Source of the DNA: Giardia intestinalis
Taxonomy: Eukaryota
Length of the DNA: 64,000 nucleotides
Assembly: GCA_000002435.2 (NCBI GenBank)
Contig: CM018790.1
Strand: one strand, 5' to 3'
Below are positions 48,801 through 55,734 of the stretch, one piece after another. The translations under genes were made by a program, and so were the position numbers. Position 1 is the stretch's first letter, and every line of letters starts with the position of its first letter. Below the pieces are notes generated by a model, which did no database searches, had not been told where the DNA came from, and was given only the letters and a program-made list of their open reading frames with translations.

Positions 48801-50702
48801 GACGCCTTTGTCTCATCTTCATGTGCAGGGAAGATGCTAGACTTGAGTGGAGTCAGCGGGACTGGGGGAGCCAATGCCCCGGGAGCTTCGAAATTCCGCC
48901 TCACAAACTTAATAGCTAACATTCTGAGTAACAATCCAAATATTAAAGCGTCTCAAGTATCGAGGGACAACGTCCTTCTAGCCGTACATAGCACTTCTTC
49001 CCTGCCTTCCCTGTCTATAGATGCGTCACTAAACAACCACCCACCCATAATTAATCTCAAGAAGATTGAAAGCTTCTATCCAGTTCGTCTTCATTGTGGT
49101 TCCAACGGCTCAATTACAGAAATTCATGCAGTTACTCCAGAGAACTTAATAGTTACCCATAACAAAGCAGCATCTTACGCCACACGCATGTCCGTTCCAA
49201 TTCCTGCTCTTGCTCCTGATTCACGTATAAATACTATCAGGGGGAGCACCTCAGCCTCTTGCGAAACGGTCAATACCTTAATCAAGCACATTGACAGTAT
49301 AAGCAGAGCCATTATCATAGCGCCTTCTTTATCGGACAAGCTCAAGGTATGTACCATACGTCCATATAAAAGGATAAACCCAGTCACTGTCCTGGGAAGA
49401 GAGCTCAAGCGTACGTTCTACTCGTTATTAGAGGGTGAGGAAAACACCTTCCTTTCCATCGACTTCCCAGAGAGTCAGGTCACGCGCATCTCCCTGTCCC
49501 CAATATCGTCTGCTTCTAGCTTCAAGCGAAACTTAATACCTTTCTGTGAGCGCCAGCTGGTGTATGAAGACCTGCACCCGTCCGACTCTACCCCCTTCAA
49601 GCACCAGCTAATACCGGATAAACCCACAATGAACCTGAATCAGTTTGTGTGGAAGCGGCAGCTTGTGACCAATCTTCTATCAGTATACTCTTCGCACGAG
49701 GTTATTATTAAGAGTCTGCAGCTCCAGTGTAGGATGGCTGAGTATGCTGCGAGATCAGGACCCTCTTCGAACCAAATGAATCAGGAGTATACGAATGCTT
49801 ATCAGCAGATGTACACAATCATACACACGATAGCTTATTCCATCAACGACTCGTTCTCATATCGCTTGCATATTAACAACCAAATATGTAACCACCTAAT
49901 TATGCGGTACAACGAAGTGAGTAAGCTATTGAGAGCCCAGCCGTTACTAAAGAATTCTGCGGAAGCCGTTATATCCATGAGTATAGCGCGAGAAAACAAC
50001 GTGAAGACACTCTATCAATCATTTAAAAACGCCGTTCCCCACCTGCTTTTAACTTCATTCGATAAGAAGGTTATACTGTATCTTCTTAAGCATAGGAAGG
50101 CAAAGTATCCCGAGACGATAGAGATAACCCTCAACCAATACCTTCGTGATAAGTACGCTCCAAGGCTTCCGCCCAATCTGTGCAACAGGGAAGCAGCGGT
50201 ACAGTATATTATAGCCCAAAAGTGGAGTGACACATCCTCTAACCATCTAGTTGAGCACCTGAAAATTAAGATTTTGGCACGAATTGATGAGCTGATAGCT
50301 AACAATATGGACACCGAAGAGGCAGAGCGGAGCCTAATACAGCTGCTTCTATATAATCTCAACTGCAATCACATACTGAGCGGAACATTCAGTGGAATAT
50401 TTAACAATTGCACCACGGTGCAGCACGCAGAAGCAACGGTCAATCTCGCCGCTTCTAACTTTGGGTACAGCACCTTCAAGAGACAAGATATTGCACCCTT
50501 GCCCAAAGAGTACTGTCTAACCATCACTGCTAACCGCTGCACCCCTTCTACCCAACAAACAACCCACGATCTGCCACCTGAACCAAGGCACTTTTCTCTC
50601 AAGAAGGACAACCCCCTGGGCCTATGTTCTGCAGAGGAATATTCTCCTGAGATATATGAACCCCCAGAGTCGTATGCTCAATGCTGGAAGCCCCTTTGGT
50701 GA
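39873..50702 (+). CDS. Giant hypothetical protein (about 3609 aa from ATG 39873; track ORF from 39747 is an alternative-start extension that overlaps the SDR gene)
   Basis: Single uninterrupted 10.8-kb ORF with no recognisable catalytic or repeat domain. Composition shifts from GC-rich (first about 400 nt) to AT-richer. AGTAAAT sits 5 nt after the TGA stop (50707-50713). Confidence 0.55.
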   Translation: MHTARRVGELLNVFYLLEDPRSAAYGRTSPTTLTPPAGIQCSDSQILTRGILNFQGVLERLRIACDSEYSLYSPVTALLEGQEHFRPLGAKQQGSRSDASHERIGRPPRRTTNYVRFYDWHVCSCILSPLELNTFQRALRVLLEVKQPIKITSDISVNPGEWMHPYGSSKPLHIIANMGRQRSSDATLSPLLTLSYQQDAYTAVEEGPEPVKASSLLPAVTTWLKHPPALSQQSSHSLGSAEALSNTGLLSGYFIGSFLSQPLQRNKLLSTRQANAGTASGTADAQLQPAEDCNRMSGDVSLYAYEPLCTSTYSQFGEPTSLSDTFCRQPSDNFNQPDSKTEEEELTPELSSRNICTLQTATADGIAILGEYFKNERLWKQQTAAFLAKRAVMSIEDRLRQRNRLKSSPKTEAVLIEQFWSTVTKAISLRATDDINNEEIMCLVRDSDDNSQNYGHSNHPPEIEHRAAADNTIELSELAPFADPHSPVPPFEPLEVAGPKHIDCESLYCMDGNLIQGVGAISASMPAKPTMQIGSVDHTDTPHLCPLYQNVRQIFRLFSADLSVSLNLLQILFTNLILKFLTLSQLLSLSTSTCWYHTVTFVIRTGRIMAVSIRPQQGSKFLFRARKTTHRQSFLQLRSSYKYLPMDLALLNASYQVHKQQKTPQEGFLARLEITRAAVCRLLYLHPSAQYTPETHSITQLFMLSDQISAHGLILETRFFMEHSLLLNNNTELSTLTEVDVLIKFLTEYLMSEPLFDFGSFNSDILLSEYYLKHQLPGKESCSLTSSHSRSAYDSTLVKPLALEQVSEKKDNRVYDQRDHLNHEAVMLYNQLLSIYKDTLPLFFTKADDSKSLPKRQTELDMVVPYLYYHPNIRHLLPYQAHMLLGVSASYITGNNSFIIRAPRKVGVLRFVISTFLTRSAALQNLRYACAGMHLEGKGVAGLKVPNQIAPSATKKDYSSASLDGMLRREQVHLVLCEEGKVEGFVNMYIRLLFGARVYDVVSREMFGQNVDQFLLDMKSRKLSQEHTHVDDVSSVADHCSGQSSTFYPSSVSPINFMDILGQKMLLDDMESTLFITILSCNPHRNSVPVAEITKGTAFGPLKPRSSNSNVFRCMSSSDCNPATISLPYARRCEASHKPSRANDASYLGMELLDTNPVDSERHVRCVSYVIGPEAENQKTISVPSRIVFNLFDQLHGFQQSSNQVDQPTSIKVFVVTYDALHYNYAYTNGQILSLIKEAKRLDTLVVHRIKDHAPHLPIHMYKADFIVSVESAYLLNKGDDLRQEEETRKKLLQLQSAHSTTLTDKASIKQLQTHDKRATSSVTIYSSAPSHERISQPSCTGDQTVLSEQNDPSPLGTDRQSEQSYILYDTVSAPSSSLTRVIEDTPVHLLFFDLVALNYEPSTPVLTSIYDMKLLDKVLTDPAIALLFLDASKKGSCSIYLHDIHGYGPQIAYRFPNLQHIPLVVPRRDRQYVQDLSPSDYFAHFPLHQQVVDVCNPYSFDVIAPSKRGTTLQSVTTFGGPSYSYPLSYPLRNFSSKFRTSDQSISDDTLKLVTKFISFDSFITDLNASYNALLVQHQIVTAKHGSTRTRHSTNFWSHMGAYMNPVVLTTTMNVSSLDSVASILARSHSIAFGRGSEGAWLRMIDSDLWDSYAYPHTFSSICNSMIRHNARFPSAYKDSLGSSLDMTVVSDIRRSFPEKYLNAMISHLEHLQQLWVRTDGSLFLIPAAPRAAPRSSVLSNYPSDQSTAQTLSHNMSIPFSVYDKLFIDFQKTVETNHNQKSLCFVSSGDSWSNISRSVVYQTRSISLLVAIELIDIFKRLLYRQTPHGKLNNHTPNPMLQASFEAGSFSAKDRVSKPVLDMLASQLNETLVRIETTAKSLLFSAYHSYHTSMCCTTQQLTCLQPMAKLEKMDRLPNLVVFSLLNTIRLTIILPRYTQLVCAQARPKLYGDPCICPHATSTFARIKNKLSYAVELKNKATYVFKIPFKTQIQPKYLSMLHKRPLLQHLYQLDNQNTRNLHDNFFNRIDFSSMRSRIEANNNSISQYVGSLLFFYRMLLSIDANISSSTTSRDTQFVVAFPFAHNFYSSVTMQLLGSAPSGHMLDSFGCLLPLKLVTYSATQHPIYSITREDKLVGGFLIASSTPNDISLYSINCGASAISRGKDSTVPDNPPSLLSAFLNEINPSEEDTNVELLSSMLVMCGRLCCATCPLSSMMYKILANSTSGVLASAVNLIRLLTQEIHTLNVIYTETPVIVAVCFAIRRLFIEFGLYGKRHKPTAEIIKQSYRKYRQEAHKYKFGDDHATLCPMSLQRLNNVTLASAMSNANKSASNVNSSPPLSNDSPRGSNCFNVRYTDASQSSNENQRSKQTINGCLPYKKENSYNRVPLSPPESSIARELIENKGVADRHTPSRVLYISTKEPPRKRGIASKADELGQITASIRSEISAVDAAERANEPSEGSNDLSEFCQSTQPEYASKCTTSLLYSREQGVTGAPTDGVGNMSALLKSHTEERISKPYTLYHDNSDDNEHDIDDAFLRTMGFNFILVLVSTQDTLQMLGAIMGFSLGDCNANIIIPKSNEVLAYITPTTSAATTVSSIGRKNLAYIGLSELSIQSKKSCYDNNIKTTTEAQEPILRNLANEEGKCIVLQTVADFIDSVERFRDAQRIHLFAMPCVQNILIVEAIHRANMAEKIICWSSPPLYRAFDHLLADVAISAELLERLRPVGMPFQDDITSLPEELQYTILNQAGNRPLQQLLVSIVGLIKEFGYNISRFSIFDDDPARFAMPKFDSSMEQESLSTESQIDAEKMSDEFPNNGRHDAEITECDPQPTTEYTCRTEPPEYSFVLDCNHKNNRHTSVLQRCVKHAIREKFQEGFSVGPNAEDFDIRHSLEPLGVEGIQHPEYNSVEKDHGQTDGSIMLHETLAALSSLRGAYSQLTFPLRSDMYQMDLSCCPLNIVKLLSQGVFLSKHSNVSHFDAFVSSSCAGKMLDLSGVSGTGGANAPGASKFRLTNLIANILSNNPNIKASQVSRDNVLLAVHSTSSLPSLSIDASLNNHPPIINLKKIESFYPVRLHCGSNGSITEIHAVTPENLIVTHNKAASYATRMSVPIPALAPDSRINTIRGSTSASCETVNTLIKHIDSISRAIIIAPSLSDKLKVCTIRPYKRINPVTVLGRELKRTFYSLLEGEENTFLSIDFPESQVTRISLSPISSASSFKRNLIPFCERQLVYEDLHPSDSTPFKHQLIPDKPTMNLNQFVWKRQLVTNLLSVYSSHEVIIKSLQLQCRMAEYAARSGPSSNQMNQEYTNAYQQMYTIIHTIAYSINDSFSYRLHINNQICNHLIMRYNEVSKLLRAQPLLKNSAEAVISMSIARENNVKTLYQSFKNAVPHLLLTSFDKKVILYLLKHRKAKYPETIEITLNQYLRDKYAPRLPPNLCNREAAVQYIIAQKWSDTSSNHLVEHLKIKILARIDELIANNMDTEEAERSLIQLLLYNLNCNHILSGTFSGIFNNCTTVQHAEATVNLAASNFGYSTFKRQDIAPLPKEYCLTITANRCTPSTQQTTHDLPPEPRHFSLKKDNPLGLCSAEEYSPEIYEPPESYAQCWKPLW

Positions 50703-50706
50703 ATCC

Positions 50707-50713
50707 AGTAAAT
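50707..50713 (+). promoter_or_regulatory. AGTAAAT poly(A)-signal motif immediately 3' of the giant ORF stop
   Basis: TGA at 50700-50702. AGTAAAT at 50707-50713. Confidence 0.4.
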
Positions 50714-50908
50714 TTAAAATGAAGCACCTTCGGTCTGACACCCCACAGTCGAGGATAACAAAGGCATAGACGCTTGCCAAAGAACCTCCGCATAAATCTG
50801 AAGGTATCCACTTCTCTACTAGCTCTACTACCCTAACCCTCTTAGTCTACATTCAACATGAAGGTCAACTAGGGATACGAAGGCACGTTTCCTCAGCAAA
50901 TTAAATAT

Positions 50909-52240
50909 ATGTACGCTTCACTGGGTGATAGCCCGCACTTAGACTATGACGTGGACTGTTATTCGCCCTCATACATTGGATTTTCAGGCCCGTACATGCA
51001 TGAAATGCCCGAGCTTCTTGAAAACCGAGACTTGCAGCAAACGCCGCTATATCCCGACAACATTGATGTTCATATTTGCAAGGATCTGGCAGACTACTCG
51101 GCAACCAAAGAGCCGCCCTCTACTGAATCTCAGGGGCTAACCCCGCAGGTCTCACATATCTCTAATTATAGCTACCGTGCAGCCGGTAATCCGTCCTATT
51201 GCTTCACAGACGGAGGATCATGCATAAACTCTGCACTAGACTCTATTCACCCGGGGTCGAAATACCTAAGCAATCTATCTATGGAAAATGATACAGATCA
51301 AGCAGCCGATTCAGCGCGAAACACAGTTACTCCCTCCAAGGATATACCAATAAGCGAGCATACTACAGGTGTAGCGCCAAATGTGATACCCCACCGGCAT
51401 AGCTCAGAGTCAAGGATCCACCAAACAATACCACCACCCCTGCCTGATCCCTTCTGTGATCCTGTGAAGGAGCTAGCGTGTTCCTCTATGTTAGAACAAA
51501 CACCTCTCTATCTCACTGGAGACAGAGAGCAGTCTGGATCCGTAGACATAACAGCTGATTTCTCCCTGGAACGAGAGGGTCACCCTCGACCTATTCATCA
51601 CAGTCTACATAGGCAAAGTATTTCTTATCATGTACCAACCCACACTAACTCCACGTTGCCATTTCTTCTGCAAGGAACCCCACAGCAGTATACTCATCAG
51701 TCATCAGGCTATGAGAGGTCGTCTGAAAAGCATCACATGCACAAAAGGTACATTATGCCGGCAGAGAAGCCTTACATGTATTCATATACAGAGCAGTCCA
51801 GTATACACCGCCAGATGAATTACCAGTTATTCTTGCGCTCATACCAGTACTTCTACGGACTCGATGACGAAGAGATAGACCTCCATCAAGAGGCACTAGT
51901 GACGCGAGATAGTGTGCTTGGCCCTCAGTACGCCTCACAGGACCGAGTAACATCCAGTACCTTGTACAAAGGCCTCTTTTGCGCAAACAAAGAGTGCTGT
52001 GGACTTCTCATCGACAATCTAACACGATCACCATACTGCTCAAAGCAGTGCCAAGTCCGTGAGCAGAACATGCGGCAGGCGCGTGTCAAGCCCCGTGAAA
52101 CCCTCATCAGGCGTAAGGATAGCCTGTTCCGCCTGCTGCGTACGTTGCCAGGGGTTAACTTTGAACGAGCACAGCTTATTCCTCTTGTCCGTAATTTTCT
52201 CCGCGGCGGCCTAACCACTCGACTGAAGCAGACAGACTGA
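50909..52240 (+). CDS. Hypothetical protein (443 aa) with C-terminal Cys cluster (possible degenerate MYND/HIT-like zinc-binding motif)
   Basis: ATG at 50909. The C-terminus reads LFCANKECCGLLIDNLTRSPYCSKQCQ; the YCSxxCQ element is MYND/HIT-like. The rest is low complexity. Confidence 0.45.
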   Translation: MYASLGDSPHLDYDVDCYSPSYIGFSGPYMHEMPELLENRDLQQTPLYPDNIDVHICKDLADYSATKEPPSTESQGLTPQVSHISNYSYRAAGNPSYCFTDGGSCINSALDSIHPGSKYLSNLSMENDTDQAADSARNTVTPSKDIPISEHTTGVAPNVIPHRHSSESRIHQTIPPPLPDPFCDPVKELACSSMLEQTPLYLTGDREQSGSVDITADFSLEREGHPRPIHHSLHRQSISYHVPTHTNSTLPFLLQGTPQQYTHQSSGYERSSEKHHMHKRYIMPAEKPYMYSYTEQSSIHRQMNYQLFLRSYQYFYGLDDEEIDLHQEALVTRDSVLGPQYASQDRVTSSTLYKGLFCANKECCGLLIDNLTRSPYCSKQCQVREQNMRQARVKPRETLIRRKDSLFRLLRTLPGVNFERAQLIPLVRNFLRGGLTTRLKQTD

Positions 52241-52270
52241 AGCAGACATTGAAACAGACGTGAACAAAAA

Positions 52271-52693
52271 ATGTATCAGCCCTCTGCATACATCCCCAAG
52301 ACCTCTGCGCAGAAAAGGGAAGAAGCAGAGATGGAAGAGAAGAAGAATTCGCTTTTGTCGATCTTTCTGACGCCTGACGCAAAGGAGCGACTCAGGCGTA
52401 TTGAAATTGTCAGTCCAGAGCGTGCCAGCAGAGTTGAGGCGATCTTGCTTCAGCAGATGCAGAGAGGGCAGCTATCTCCTCAATCTGTGTCTGATGACAT
52501 GCTCAAAGGCCTTCTGGAGCAACTCACAGATGTACATACCAGGGGACTTGTCGTAGGAGGCATTGACGTGGCAGACGAGGCTACCGGATCCGGGAGGGTG
52601 ATAATTTCACGCAGAGGTGCCGACGCCTTTATGGGGGTCGGCGATTCAACTAATCTTCAGACTAAATCTGACGACGAGGAGCTTTCATTCTAA
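52271..52693 (+). CDS. PDCD5: PDCD5 / TFAR19 family dsDNA-binding protein (140 aa)
   Basis: LSIFLTPDAKERLRRIEIVSPERASRVEAILLQQMQRGQL...MLKGLLEQL aligns with PDCD5 [56 protein letters not shown]. It has an acidic C-terminal tail. ATG at 52271, 30 nt after the upstream stop. Confidence 0.75.
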   Translation: MYQPSAYIPKTSAQKREEAEMEEKKNSLLSIFLTPDAKERLRRIEIVSPERASRVEAILLQQMQRGQLSPQSVSDDMLKGLLEQLTDVHTRGLVVGGIDVADEATGSGRVIISRRGADAFMGVGDSTNLQTKSDDEELSF

Positions 52694-52717
52694 ATTTCTG
52701 TTGAAGTTAGTTATTCA

Positions 52718-52918
52718 CTAGAATACTCTATAGCATGACACCTTCGTTGCAGAGAGGAGGACCCTGTCGAAGCGTTCGTCATCGACGGATACGTCGGCAA
52801 GAAGGATGTTTTCGTATTCGTCCGTGGCTTCAATAGTGCCTGTTAGCTTGTCACCGGTTGTAAATATTAACTCCACCCGAGATCCTATCAGTGAGGGAAG
52901 GTGCTCCTTCTGCAGCAT
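52718..52918 (-). CDS. Sm-like (LSm) protein, about 66 aa from first ATG (track ORF to 52960 starts at TTG)
   Basis: LIGSRVELIFTTGDKLTGTIEATDEYENILLADVSV...RVLLSATKVSCYRV fits Sm1/Sm2 motifs (V.V.LK.G....G.L...D.fMNlvL.d..E......v.iRG..I..i). ATTCACT at 52713-52719 (AGTGAAT on the minus strand) overlaps the stop. Confidence 0.5.
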   Translation of the reverse strand: MLQKEHLPSLIGSRVELIFTTGDKLTGTIEATDEYENILLADVSVDDERFDRVLLSATKVSCYRVF

Positions 52919-52940
52919 GCTTGAAGCTTGCTTGAATTTT

Positions 52941-53528
52941 TTAGATGTGGGGCACCCCAAGTCGCCTGAGGAGGGTGGCGGCCGTCTCCTCTGAAAATCC
53001 GGGTAGCGATGCTATTTCTTTGACAGATGACATACAGATGTCTCTAAGTGTTTTAAAGTGTTCACAGAGAGAGCGAATCTTCGGCTTGGAGAGCCCAGCA
53101 GCCAGCAGAATGTGAAGAGCTCGTTCAGGCCCCTGGCAGGCCCGGGAAGTAATGTTCATGGAGCACGTTGGACCATGCGAGAAGCGCTGCAGCTCTTGGA
53201 TTGCGTAGGCAGCCTGTTCGTGGTCCCAATGTGGAAAGACATTGAAGTTAAGCTTAACTGCTAACTCTGAGTATGCTGAGAGAAGGTCCGCAGACCCTGA
53301 ATATATGTGCACAAACAAGAAATGCATAGCCTTATCGTCTACATCACGGTGTTTAGAAAACTTAGCCAAGCGAGGCATGTCTGTGTCGATAGTTTGAGAT
53401 CCCGCACAATATATGTCCAAGCCCGGCACAGGTTCGAAGTCAGCATTAATATCTGCGAAGCGGTAGGGTCGCTTAAGGTGTAGAAGAATGGGGGACGCGC
53501 GGAGACGTGCATTGACCAAAATAGACAT
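52941..53528 (-). CDS. ERCC1: ERCC1/Rad10-like DNA excision repair protein (195 aa)
   Basis: [35 protein letters not shown] aligns with the human ERCC1 central domain [54 protein letters not shown] aligns with LAWSPEEAGRYLETYKAYE. The C-terminal (HhH)2 reads [38 protein letters not shown]. The ATG at 53528 is 1 nt after the upstream gene's stop. Confidence 0.65.
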   Translation of the reverse strand: [195 protein letters not shown]

Positions 53529-53529
53529 T

Positions 53530-55674
53530 TTAGATATCTCTGGAGTAGAAGTCTTTGTTTTCCCCTGTCGTTTTATCTTCGCGACTAAGACGTGCAGCTA
53601 ATTCGCGCTGAGCACGGGTCAATCTTTTTTCTTGTCCCCCATAGCTCCTGAATTGGACCGCGCGGCCCGGGGCTCGAGCCTGCGAAGTCTTCTCCATCCT
53701 AAGGGCGACCTTAGCATTACGCTCTGCTTGGAGCCGGTCCTGTTCTGCTTGCTTAGCATTCTTGCTGATGTCTCGCCGCAGTTTGTTCAACTTTCTGCGA
53801 CTTTCCTGGAACTTATCAACAGGGATTTGTGCCAATGCAGCAAGAGTCCTATCCAGCAGCAACTCCATTGCCCCAAGAATCGAGTGGGAGGCCATATTGA
53901 CGTCGTCAGAGCCTATGGCGCCAGTACGCATGCCTGCAAGTGAAACGGCTTGATGAAGATAGCCTAGTTCCGATTCGAGGCGATCTACCTCTGCTTCTGT
54001 TGAGTTAGCCATTTCTGTTGCGAGGGTACGCTGCAACTCAGCAATAGTGGCTTCCATACTAGAGATGTTCGCCCGAAGCGCAGCTTGTTGGGAGGCGAAG
54101 TCGGCAGCATGGATGGCATTATCGGCCTGGACATTGGCAACAATTGAGGAGTAATCTTGGAGCTGTTCTGCACGGAGGAGGTTTGCATCCTCGAGCCGCT
54201 TCATGGCGCCCATGAGCTCAGATGCATCGTCAAAGGGAACACGGGCATCTGTGCACGAACGACGGAGCAGAAGCACTGCGCGCCGTACACTAGGATCTAC
54301 GTGTACATGCTCTACTGGTAATGCTTCAAACACATGAACATTTCTAAGGTAGGTCTCGTCTTCTGTTTGCTTGATATCTCCCGTGTCATCAGCCTCAGTC
54401 CCGACTCCGGTTTCGACTTCGACTTCGACGTCATTGAGTGGTTTGGCTGAATTGACTCGCTGGGTAGATCTAAGAGAGGTGTCACGTGTATTCAGCGTGC
54501 TGCGGATGCTCTCAAGGTGCTCGCGTTGGAGATCTTCTATGAGTGGAGGGGTATAGCGAAACAAATCAGTGGGTAGGCCCTCTCCCAAAGCTGTTTGAAA
54601 TTCCCCAAAGTCAAAGTCTACTTGAAAGTAGCGCTTAGATTCGTCTGGAAGTTTACGACGAAAGGAAGCATGCGACACGTCCAGTCCACGCTCCGTGACA
54701 TGACTGCAATCAAGACCAGCAGCGGAGAGAAGAGACGCCCGGAAGGTGCAGAATTCAAGCGATGCTTTTAGTACTTCCTTCGTTTTTAATAGTTCATAAG
54801 GGTCTGTGGCACTGGTAAGATTGGTAGATCTAGAATCTGTGTACTGTGCATATGCCTGCTCAATGCTAGTATTCAGATGCTGTTCGGCTGCATTGCGCTC
54901 GGTTTGTATTGCCTGAACACGACCGCGAAGGATCGACCCTGCGGCGACATCTTCTAGAAATTGCCGTGCCGTAAGATTAAGCTCTAAAAGGTCTGCTTGT
55001 CTGTCAACTTCTCTGAATATTGTCTGGAGAGTTGTTTCTAGCTCATCGAGCCGCCTCTTGCAGACCTCTAATTTATGGGCTGCCAGTTCTGCTTGCCTGG
55101 TAGTTTCCACCGCACCAGTGTCTGCAGCTCTGGCAGAAGTCTCAAGAGAGATTTCTAATCTGTTAAGACTGAGTTCGTCCGCTTCTATCTTCTCTTCTCT
55201 TTGGGCAAGCTGAGTCTGCAAGTGCGAAATTTTGCGCTCCTTCATGGAGATAGACACACGGACTCGTGCTATCATCTTTTGTCGTTCGAGGAAGGACTTA
55301 GTGCCTTCACGCCGCATAGGGCGAAACGAGGGAGGAAGAAGCTCATCAGTAATCTTTCCTTCGCCGCAACTTGACCCGTTATTGGACTGAGGGAGCTTTT
55401 CTTTCATCAGATCTGCAAGGCCCTCGGCCAGCTGTCTTCGGTCTTCCCTGTGCATTTCTGAAACACCAATGCGGCTGCAACGCTGCTGATGGGTGCGTGT
55501 CTTGTCGATTATGCTCATGTTGTAGAATTTGCGACGGCTCTCAAGAGTGGTTCGCATGATCTCTTCCTGTGCTGCCTGAGTTACAACTGTAGTATATGGA
55601 TTCTGCATAATCTCTGACAGCGTCCCGTCTTGTGAGGCCTCTTGGTCGGGGCCAAAAGATCCCCCCACTGACAT
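53530..55674 (-). CDS. Coiled-coil protein (714 aa), function unknown
   Basis: ATG at 55674. Long heptad-repeat segments (EKIEADELSLNRLEISLETSARA, ELAAHKLEVCKRRLDELETTLQTIFREVDRQADLLE) and a charged C-terminus. Confidence 0.5.
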   Translation of the reverse strand: MSVGGSFGPDQEASQDGTLSEIMQNPYTTVVTQAAQEEIMRTTLESRRKFYNMSIIDKTRTHQQRCSRIGVSEMHREDRRQLAEGLADLMKEKLPQSNNGSSCGEGKITDELLPPSFRPMRREGTKSFLERQKMIARVRVSISMKERKISHLQTQLAQREEKIEADELSLNRLEISLETSARAADTGAVETTRQAELAAHKLEVCKRRLDELETTLQTIFREVDRQADLLELNLTARQFLEDVAAGSILRGRVQAIQTERNAAEQHLNTSIEQAYAQYTDSRSTNLTSATDPYELLKTKEVLKASLEFCTFRASLLSAAGLDCSHVTERGLDVSHASFRRKLPDESKRYFQVDFDFGEFQTALGEGLPTDLFRYTPPLIEDLQREHLESIRSTLNTRDTSLRSTQRVNSAKPLNDVEVEVETGVGTEADDTGDIKQTEDETYLRNVHVFEALPVEHVHVDPSVRRAVLLLRRSCTDARVPFDDASELMGAMKRLEDANLLRAEQLQDYSSIVANVQADNAIHAADFASQQAALRANISSMEATIAELQRTLATEMANSTEAEVDRLESELGYLHQAVSLAGMRTGAIGSDDVNMASHSILGAMELLLDRTLAALAQIPVDKFQESRRKLNKLRRDISKNAKQAEQDRLQAERNAKVALRMEKTSQARAPGRAVQFRSYGGQEKRLTRAQRELAARLSREDKTTGENKDFYSRDI

Positions 55675-55699
55675 CTCTGGATTTTAATTGAGTCAGCCA

Positions 55700-55734
55700 A
55701 TTTACTTACTTATGTTTATTTACTTAGGTTTACT
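55700..55734 (-). promoter_or_regulatory. Triplicated poly(A)-signal-like motif (AGTAAAT, AGTAAAT, AGTAAAC on the minus strand) in the 3' flank of the 789-aa gene
   Basis: The + strand caATTTACTtacttatgttTATTTACTtaggTTTACTca carries three RTTTACT copies at 55700-55706, 55718-55724 and 55728-55734. The last one touches the TGA stop (TCA at 55734-55736). Confidence 0.4.
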
